DNA of 50,109 nucleotides. It comes from Shigella phage pSf-2. This document shows, in pieces, positions 44,617 through 50,109 of the stretch. The notes beneath the pieces were generated by a model. It saw nothing but the letters and a program-made list of their open reading frames with translations. It was not told the DNA's origin and made no database searches. Within the stretch, counting starts at the first letter, position 1. Each line of letters opens with the position of its first letter. Position numbers and translations under genes: made by a program. The stretch lies in the sequence record KP085586. One strand, written 5' to 3'.

Positions 44617-44674
44617 GACTTAGCAAGGCCGATTGGGTATGATTCATCACATCAACCAATCAGGAGCAATCGAC

Positions 44675-44818
44675 ATGACAACTGCAAACATCAACGCAAC
44701 AATTAATCGTTACGAACACATCTATCGCGTAGCGCTGTTCTCTGACATGGCGTTAGCTAACAAGGCGAAGTTAATAATCGACAAACTGAATCACTACAAA
44801 AAGGAGATCGAAAAATGA
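44675..44818 (+). CDS. hypothetical small protein (start moved to internal ATG)
   Basis: aggag SD 8 nt before ATG 44675; track start 44633. Confidence 0.4.
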   Translation: MTTANINATINRYEHIYRVALFSDMALANKAKLIIDKLNHYKKEIEK

Positions 44819-45519
44819 AGTTGATTTGGTCGCTATTCGACGGTTCCGGCCTGGCAGGTCATGAACTGGCAAAGCAAGGTCATAAGGTGATGTGCTTCAA
44901 CTTTGACGGGGCAGATCACGGAGATTACGCAAAGTACAATGCCCGGGTAGAGCATCCGAACATTGAGTATGTGAACGTCTTCATTGATGAGAAGTTCGAA
45001 CGTGATGCGATCGCTGGTGTGTATGGCAAACCTGATTTCATCATGGCTTTCCCACCATGCACTGACCTAGCTGTTAGTGGTGCTCGCCATTTTGCCAGCA
45101 AGCGTGAACGTGATCCGTTATTCCATGAGAAGGCTGTTGCCACCGCTCGGATTGCTGCTAATATTGGCGAAGCTATGGGCGTGACGTACATCATTGAGAA
45201 TCCGGTTAGCGTCCTGTCATCTGCCTGGAGAAAACCAGATCACTCCTTTAATCCCTGGGAGTATGGCGGCTATCTTCCTGAGAATGACTCACATCCCTGG
45301 TTCCCGATGTATATTGCGCCGCGCGATGCTTACCCTAAGAAGACGTGTCTTTGGACCTCGGACGATTTTGTCATGCCGGAGAGAAATCCAGTAAGCCTGC
45401 CTGACGGGTACTCTGCACAGCAAAACAAGCTGGGCGGCAAGTCTGCCAAAACTAAGCTGATACGATCCCTGTCGCCGCGTGGATTTTTCAAAGCGATCGC
45501 AAATAGCACTTTTTGTTAA
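44815..45519 (+). CDS. minimal C5-cytosine methyltransferase-like protein
   Basis: Motif I-like LFDGSGLAG, PC motif FPPCTDLAVSG, ENV-like IIENPVS with canonical spacing; only 234 aa; aaggag SD. Confidence 0.5.
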   Translation: MKLIWSLFDGSGLAGHELAKQGHKVMCFNFDGADHGDYAKYNARVEHPNIEYVNVFIDEKFERDAIAGVYGKPDFIMAFPPCTDLAVSGARHFASKRERDPLFHEKAVATARIAANIGEAMGVTYIIENPVSVLSSAWRKPDHSFNPWEYGGYLPENDSHPWFPMYIAPRDAYPKKTCLWTSDDFVMPERNPVSLPDGYSAQQNKLGGKSAKTKLIRSLSPRGFFKAIANSTFC

Positions 45520-45520
45520 A
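45503..45520 (+). promoter_or_regulatory. 18-bp dyad motif copy (atagcactttttgttaaa)
   Basis: Encodes C-terminal ...NSTFC* of upstream gene; 22 nt then cataat. Confidence 0.7.
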
Positions 45521-45579
45521 ACTCGATCGGTGTGATTTGGCATAATTACCTCATCGAAACGAGATTGAGGAAAAACAAA

Positions 45580-45765
45580 ATGGCACGTCGCATCACTAAA
45601 GACCTTAAAGTCCTGAACAAAGAAAACGTAGTTAAAATTCTGGTTATTTGGGGTTACAACGAAGAATCAGCAAAGCATAAGGTAGAAGCGGGTTACGACC
45701 TGGCTGTCAAGGCAATGCCTAACGACGACGCCAAAGGCATTGTAAACTATGTAGCATTCTTTTAA
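45580..45765 (+). CDS. hypothetical small protein (start moved to internal ATG)
   Basis: gagga SD before ATG 45580. Confidence 0.45.
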   Translation: MARRITKDLKVLNKENVVKILVIWGYNEESAKHKVEAGYDLAVKAMPNDDAKGIVNYVAFF

Positions 45766-45780
45766 TTAACGGGCTAACAA

Positions 45781-45966
45781 ATGAAAACGAAATTAGTGCA
45801 TAAATCAGAAATCAAGATCGGCGATACTGTGATTCACAACGGAGAGCTTAGAACAGTTGGTAAGGAGTCAATAAGCAGAGATGAATTTATGGGGTTATTG
45901 TTGTTCGGCGACTCCTATCGCCTGGGGTGCAAAATGGTTGAGCTTGTTGAGGAAGTAAAATTCTAA
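45781..45966 (+). CDS. hypothetical small protein
   Basis: 61-codon ORF, weak SD. Confidence 0.4.
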   Translation: MKTKLVHKSEIKIGDTVIHNGELRTVGKESISRDEFMGLLLFGDSYRLGCKMVELVEEVKF

Positions 45967-45984
45967 ATAGCACGAATTGCTAAA
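45967..45984 (+). promoter_or_regulatory. 18-bp dyad motif copy (atagcacgaattgctaaa)
   Basis: Starts right after TAA of upstream gene; 22 nt then cattat; leader shared with copy at 5207. Confidence 0.7.
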
Positions 45985-46048
45985 CATGCCGGAATGGAAT
46001 CTGGCATTATTACTTCATCGAAACGAAACATCAAAACAGGAATCGGAA

Positions 46049-46231
46049 ATGAAAAAGTTAACATCAAACACAAAATATGAAATTATTGACGGTGAAGCTA
46101 TTATTTATGCTCGCGCGAAAGGATCAAATAAACTAACAGCCGCATTCAAATGCCACCCAGCGACAATTGATCTCATCAAAGAGTATGGATTCAAGTCGGC
46201 TATAAGCAAGTCGTTATTATGCAAGGCTTAA
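46049..46231 (+). CDS. hypothetical small protein (start moved to internal ATG)
   Basis: aggaa SD before ATG 46049; track start 45977 lies inside motif. Confidence 0.45.
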   Translation: MKKLTSNTKYEIIDGEAIIYARAKGSNKLTAAFKCHPATIDLIKEYGFKSAISKSLLCKA

Positions 46232-46300
46232 CGCTTTGGGTAAAAATATAAACAATGACACACAATACTATAAGTGGGATCTCGTAAAATATTTATCAAA

Positions 46301-46318
46301 ATAGCACGAATTGCTAAA
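46301..46318 (+). promoter_or_regulatory. 18-bp dyad motif copy (atagcacgaattgctaaa)
   Basis: 22 nt (with hairpin ccccga/tcgggg) then tatagt; caaccaatcaggag leader to ATG 46377. Confidence 0.7.
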
Positions 46319-46376
46319 CGCCCCGAAGGGAATCGGGGTATAGTAAACAACATCAACCAATCAGGAGAATCGCCAG

Positions 46377-46607
46377 ATGGCAATCAAACATCCCGGATTA
46401 AAGAAAGCAATCCAGCGAGCCAATGACGAGGGATTTATTGTATATCGAACACATTACGGTCACATGGGTGGACTTAAAGAGCATCATACAAAGGTTGAGC
46501 TTGTGGACTTATGGGAGGATTACGATACATTCCAGTACATCGCCACGTCTGACGTAGAGGCGCAAGTGAAATACATCAATGACACTATTGATAGCTTCAG
46601 AGGGTAA
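46377..46607 (+). CDS. hypothetical protein
   Basis: 76-codon ORF with aggag SD. Confidence 0.5.
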   Translation: MAIKHPGLKKAIQRANDEGFIVYRTHYGHMGGLKEHHTKVELVDLWEDYDTFQYIATSDVEAQVKYINDTIDSFRG

Positions 46608-46611
46608 TTAT

Positions 46612-46983
46612 ATGTTTAAGCAGTTCACAGATCTGGACTTCTCAGCCAGCACGGCAATCAAGACTGACGAGAAAGAAAGCGTAGCGATCGAGAACATCGC
46701 GCGCAAGATTTACAACAAGCAAGAGAAGGCCGTTAGAGCCGCTCTGAGCGCTTATTACGGTGTAAGTGATGCAATGGAGTGTGTTAGCAGGGTAACGCGC
46801 GTAGTGGACAGTTCTGGCGCGCCTCGTTTCGTAGATGACGATACTGGCGAGACAATCATTCAACTTAACAATCCATCCATGCGCACAGAGTTAGGAAACG
46901 TCGCATTGTGGGGCGTGGCTAACTACTCAATCACCGTCAATTCCTGCATTGCGCACCGTGTTAAGGAGGCATTGTATGAGTGA
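46612..46983 (+). CDS. hypothetical protein (start moved to internal ATG)
   Basis: ATG 46612 five nt after upstream TAA; track start 46579. Confidence 0.5.
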   Translation: MFKQFTDLDFSASTAIKTDEKESVAIENIARKIYNKQEKAVRAALSAYYGVSDAMECVSRVTRVVDSSGAPRFVDDDTGETIIQLNNPSMRTELGNVALWGVANYSITVNSCIAHRVKEALYE

Positions 46984-47176
46984 TAATATTTACCGCGTAG
47001 TGGCGATCTCACGCAAGACGCAAAAGAGCGTAGTTGCCTACATGGGAAATAGCGCCATTGAGGCAACAGACGACTTCGAGCTACTGAAGAATAACGAAGG
47101 ATTTATGAACACGTTCCGCGTTCGACTTGAGCGTCTCGAACCTGTTATAATTGATGAAGCGCGAAAGCTATCCTGA
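46976..47176 (+). CDS. hypothetical small protein (start moved to internal ATG)
   Basis: aaggagg SD before ATG 46976; overlaps upstream TGA. Confidence 0.45.
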   Translation: MSDNIYRVVAISRKTQKSVVAYMGNSAIEATDDFELLKNNEGFMNTFRVRLERLEPVIIDEARKLS

Positions 47177-47192
47177 CTGGTTAGGGGGAATA

Positions 47193-47513
47193 ATGAACCA
47201 CACTTATAAAATCACAACGAAATCACCGAAGATTAACGGAAGCACGGTCGCGGCATTGAATAACGCGGCAGCAATCCACGAAAAAAACATCATGGAGCGC
47301 GTGAAGGCGGCAGTAGGCCGATTCTATGGAATCAACGCTGATATTGCCGACAGCAAGCGACTGTTCAAATACGTGCCAGGTCATCCATATAGCCGGATGA
47401 TCGATATTAAGCATGATAAAGAACTGGTTCGAATCGGATCGCTTAGCATTGACGAGTTCGACCATAGCATTAACCTTGTGACGGCGTATCAAACATGGGA
47501 CGGTAAAAAATGA
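47193..47513 (+). CDS. hypothetical protein (start moved to internal ATG)
   Basis: aggggg SD before ATG 47193. Confidence 0.5.
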   Translation: MNHTYKITTKSPKINGSTVAALNNAAAIHEKNIMERVKAAVGRFYGINADIADSKRLFKYVPGHPYSRMIDIKHDKELVRIGSLSIDEFDHSINLVTAYQTWDGKK

Positions 47514-47653
47514 TTTATATTCACACTTTCTATACTGGCAAATTTAACAGCGTAAAAAATGTTCGCGTTTACGATAGCCACCAAAAAGCAATGATGCAGA
47601 AAGTAGTTCTAGGTGGAACAATCAAAGAGTGTAAAGTAATTTCCGAGTACTGA
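47510..47653 (+). CDS. hypothetical small protein (47 aa, not in ORF track)
   Basis: ATGA overlap with upstream stop; TGA merges into next motif copy. Confidence 0.3.
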   Translation: MIYIHTFYTGKFNSVKNVRVYDSHQKAMMQKVVLGGTIKECKVISEY

Positions 47654-47670
47654 TAGCACTAATTGCTAAA
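47653..47670 (+). promoter_or_regulatory. 18-bp dyad motif copy (atagcactaattgctaaa)
   Basis: -10-like gtatat/tatatt at 22-23 nt; 60 nt upstream of ATG 47731. Confidence 0.6.
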
Positions 47671-47730
47671 GACAATAAATAGGGAGTAAGGTATATTACT
47701 CCAACACCAAACGAAATAAAGGAATTAAAA

Positions 47731-47955
47731 ATGAGTATTAAAGTTGAGAATATCATCAAGCATCTGAACGCGAAAGGACGTGTAGTTATCAAAATGGATA
47801 AGTCTTCCGGTTTTGTTTCAATGACGGTAACTAAGGCTCGGAACGGTAATAACGTTATTGGCAGCACACCAGGATCGCGCTTAGTAAATGCAACAGATGC
47901 GGATGTTCGCGCAACGCTTGAGGCTAACTCGATTTACATTAATTCATGGGGCTAA
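47731..47955 (+). CDS. hypothetical small protein
   Basis: 74-codon ORF with aaggaa SD. Confidence 0.5.
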   Translation: MSIKVENIIKHLNAKGRVVIKMDKSSGFVSMTVTKARNGNNVIGSTPGSRLVNATDADVRATLEANSIYINSWG

Positions 47956-47958
47956 TTA

Positions 47959-48171
47959 ATGGAACAGGATAATTTCTGGACTCGTTATTTTGCCGCGCTC
48001 GATGCCGGGCTTAGTGCGGAATGGTGTATCAAGGTTGCATATAAAGAAATTACGCTTGACGACGCACTAGGGAATATGGATATGGACGCAGAAAGTGAAT
48101 ATAATCCCGACTTCGAGATGCCCGGCGATGATATTGGTGATAATGACGACGACGATTATATTCCCTGGTAA
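47959..48171 (+). CDS. small highly acidic protein (DNA-mimic candidate)
   Basis: C-terminal third about 50 percent Asp/Glu (DFEMPGDDIGDNDDDDYIPW). Confidence 0.45.
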   Translation: MEQDNFWTRYFAALDAGLSAEWCIKVAYKEITLDDALGNMDMDAESEYNPDFEMPGDDIGDNDDDDYIPW

Positions 48172-48189
48172 ATAGCACGATTTGTTAAT
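48172..48189 (+). promoter_or_regulatory. 18-bp dyad motif copy, variant (atagcacgatttgttaat)
   Basis: Starts right after TAA of upstream gene; 22 nt then taaagt; aaccaatcaggag leader. Confidence 0.6.
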
Positions 48190-48251
48190 ATTGCCGTAAG
48201 GTCATTTGATAAAGTGGCCTTATTCAAGATAACCAATCAGGAGTGAACGCA

Positions 48252-48668
48252 ATGAAATCCATCAAACTTAAATGTACTTCCGCAGACAAAATCACAGGAT
48301 TTGAAGTTAACAACCTTTACAAAGGTCGAGAGCGCTACGATGGAACTCGTGAGGTTAAGTTAAAGTGCGGTAAGTATTTAAAACTTGATAAGCATGATGA
48401 ATTACAGATTCACGGATCTGATGAAATCTTCTTCGCAAAATTCACTGAACTTAAAACCAAAACACTCAAGTGTACCGGGCTTGACCATCGCAACACAATG
48501 AAAAAATCATTCAAAGTTGGCAAGCGTTACCAGGTGGAAAGCGGTCGTGCTCTCGGTGGAGTGGCTGGTTACATCTTTGATGAGGACGGTTGCCGCTGGA
48601 CATTATTCCGCGAAGAGGTTGGTTTTAGTATTGCTGACGGCACAACCTTTGAGGCCAAATACTTATAA
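48252..48668 (+). CDS. protein with tandem small Cys-containing repeats (start moved to ATG 48252)
   Basis: aggag SD; track start 48243 is GTG; repeats KLKCTSADKITGFEV / TLKCTGLDHRNTMKKSFKVGKRY resemble those in 38901..39539. Confidence 0.5.
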   Translation: MKSIKLKCTSADKITGFEVNNLYKGRERYDGTREVKLKCGKYLKLDKHDELQIHGSDEIFFAKFTELKTKTLKCTGLDHRNTMKKSFKVGKRYQVESGRALGGVAGYIFDEDGCRWTLFREEVGFSIADGTTFEAKYL

Positions 48669-48671
48669 CCA

Positions 48672-48689
48672 ATAGCACTTTTTGCAAAA
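48672..48689 (+). promoter_or_regulatory. 18-bp dyad motif copy (atagcactttttgcaaaa)
   Basis: 22 nt then tatcat (48710-48715); aaggag SD and ATG 48745 follow. Confidence 0.65.
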
Positions 48690-48744
48690 CGCGTGTACCA
48701 TTGGCGGTGTATCATTCACACCGTCAACTAAGGAGTTTATTGTG

Positions 48745-50109
48745 ATGTTTAATATTAAGCCAAAGCTGAATTACCAACAGATTATTGAGATCGCAAATAG
48801 CACTGGAGTGAATCCGGTGGCGATCGCAATTCGTGAAAACAGTTACGGGGATTCAGTTTCTTTTTGGCAAGATCCGATCGATATCAACAGCGGAAACGAT
48901 AAGTTCCCTCTGATTTCGTTAGGTGGCGATAACCTGGTATTCGAATATGCAAAAGCAAAAGCTGAATCAGTCCAGTTCCCGGTTTCATCCGCGTATGCTC
49001 ATTTTATCGGTTGCATCTCAGCCGCGATGCTCGGGAAGTTTTGGGTGCAATATCATGGAGAAGAACAGCCGACAGCGCTTTACATGGTAATCAGTCAGCC
49101 ACCATCAACAGGTAAATCAGCGATTAACTCAGCGGCGATTACACCTATGCGTGCGGAGATTCAGCGACTGAATGAAGAGCGCAAAAAGGAACGTATCCGT
49201 TTAACCAGTCAGCTACGTCAGGTCGAGAAGGAAATAAAAAACGATCCGAAGGGTAACACGACGGCGGCTCTGTACGAGGACAAAGAAAAACTGGAAGAGA
49301 AGATCAAGAAGATGGCTGATATTGTTTTCGCGGTATCAGATCCTACACCTGAAGGTCTTGCGAAAGTGGCGGCAGTGCAAGGTCACTTTTCCGTAATATC
49401 TGACGAGGCAACGGCAATCAATACATTGCTCGGGCTTACGTATGGCGGTTCAGATAAGAAATCTAACAGTGAGCTTATCCTTAAGGCGTGGGATAAAAAC
49501 CATATGGAGGTCGCGCGTTCAAATCAGGACAACAACTTATCTCTTTGCCCGGTCGGTTCGATCTGCGTCATTGCGCAGGATGAAACAATCAAGGGTATCA
49601 TGGATGCAGGCCAGCGAGGTATCGGTGTGTCCGAACGTTTCCTGTTGGTTCGCGAGGAGCCGCTTTTAGGTACTCGTATTCTTTGCGATGAAAATGGCGA
49701 TGCGCTGTATAAGGAAGTCGATCGAGGATTGGTTAGTAAATATTATCGACTCGTTCACAACATCATGAAGGAGGACAACGTTGTTCTCTCTGTGAGCCGT
49801 AATGCTATGCGTGAATTAAACCTTGCGCGCCAGGCGATGGAGCCTGATTTCGCCGCCGGGGGGAAATACTCTCACTCAATGCTTCGCGGTCATCTCGGCA
49901 AGTTCGATAAGCACGCTTTGCGTATTGCTTCAGTTCTACACACGATCAAGAATTGGGAGGGTGAATCACCGAACCGTTCCAACCGTGAGATTGACCTTGA
50001 AACAATGCAGGAAGCGATCATGATCTTCAATGAGCTTTCCAAGACTTATCTGTCGTCTGCCAGCGCTGCCGGGTATGCTGGTGATGAGGCTGAATCTCGT
50101 AAGCTGATT
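48745..50109 (+). CDS. P-loop NTPase, replication helicase/primase-associated ATPase candidate (3' truncated at window end)
   Basis: aaggag SD before ATG 48745; frame open to the last base; Walker A QPPSTGKS, Walker B-like ICVIAQDE. Confidence 0.6.
   Translation, partial: MFNIKPKLNYQQIIEIANSTGVNPVAIAIRENSYGDSVSFWQDPIDINSGNDKFPLISLGGDNLVFEYAKAKAESVQFPVSSAYAHFIGCISAAMLGKFWVQYHGEEQPTALYMVISQPPSTGKSAINSAAITPMRAEIQRLNEERKKERIRLTSQLRQVEKEIKNDPKGNTTAALYEDKEKLEEKIKKMADIVFAVSDPTPEGLAKVAAVQGHFSVISDEATAINTLLGLTYGGSDKKSNSELILKAWDKNHMEVARSNQDNNLSLCPVGSICVIAQDETIKGIMDAGQRGIGVSERFLLVREEPLLGTRILCDENGDALYKEVDRGLVSKYYRLVHNIMKEDNVVLSVSRNAMRELNLARQAMEPDFAAGGKYSHSMLRGHLGKFDKHALRIASVLHTIKNWEGESPNRSNREIDLETMQEAIMIFNELSKTYLSSASAAGYAGDEAESRKLI

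Noticed and set aside
37045-48689. Idea that the repeated motif is a T7-like or N4-like phage RNA polymerase promoter
   Set aside because: No RNA polymerase gene is present; the motif is dyad-symmetric and followed by sigma70-like -10 hexamers, more consistent with a transcription-factor site on host RNAP promoters.
37045-48689. Idea that the TTGCTA half-site is simply the -35 hexamer
   Set aside because: Spacing to the -10-like hexamer is a constant 22 bp, outside the 16-19 bp range of sigma70 promoters.
1-50109. CRISPR array, tRNA/rRNA genes, integrase or transposase
   Set aside because: Repeats found are promoter-associated and irregularly spaced, not repeat-spacer arrays; no recombinase motifs or tRNA-like structures were recognised by eye. 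A tRNAscan/Infernal run would be needed to exclude small RNAs.

Overview
The 50.1-kb window reads as an essentially complete genome of a T1-like (Drexlerviridae-type) siphovirus of an enterobacterial host, not a chromosomal region. I can support no rRNA, tRNA, integrase or CRISPR array. Layout: (i) 1-13.4 kb, mostly leftward: lysis cassette (holin, GH24 endolysin, unimolecular spanin), HTH-metallophosphoesterase, Dam-type N6-adenine methyltransferase, VRR-NUC nuclease, SF2 helicase, Zn-ribbon primase-like protein, a rightward tail-fibre gene, and a leftward SSB / Erf-like / PD-(D/E)XK exonuclease module; (ii) 13.4-15.1 kb: AT-rich divergent control region and a rightward Cor-like lipoprotein moron; (iii) 15.1-35.2 kb: leftward late operon (lambda-like J, I, K, L, M tail-tip genes, tape measure, G/GT chaperone pair with a -1 slippery site, major tail, head-tail joining genes, major capsid, two paralogous capsid-associated proteins, scaffold, head morphogenesis, portal, TerL, TerS); (iv) 35.3-44.0 kb leftward and 44.6-48.7 kb rightward arrays of small early genes around a 0.65-kb AT-rich divergent region; (v) a P-loop ATPase gene that runs off the right end in the same frame as the ORF entering at the left end. 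Main hunt result: about 24 copies of an 18-bp dyad-symmetric motif (core TAGCA-N5-TGCTA; forms ATAGCACGAATTGCTAAA and ATAGCACTTTTTGTTAAA) at gene junctions, most of them exactly 22 bp upstream of a -10-like hexamer with no -35 element. This looks like a phage-specific activator-dependent promoter regulon. Other leads: a split P-loop kinase / HAD phosphatase pair, a minimal C5-methyltransferase-like protein, an HTH-metallophosphoesterase fusion, an acidic DNA-mimic candidate, and a possibly frameshifted gene. All product names come from motif recognition by eye; no database search was run. Many ORF-track starts in the early regions appear over-extended and were moved to internal ATGs with Shine-Dalgarno support. 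Coordinates of regulatory elements are approximate (+/-2 bp).
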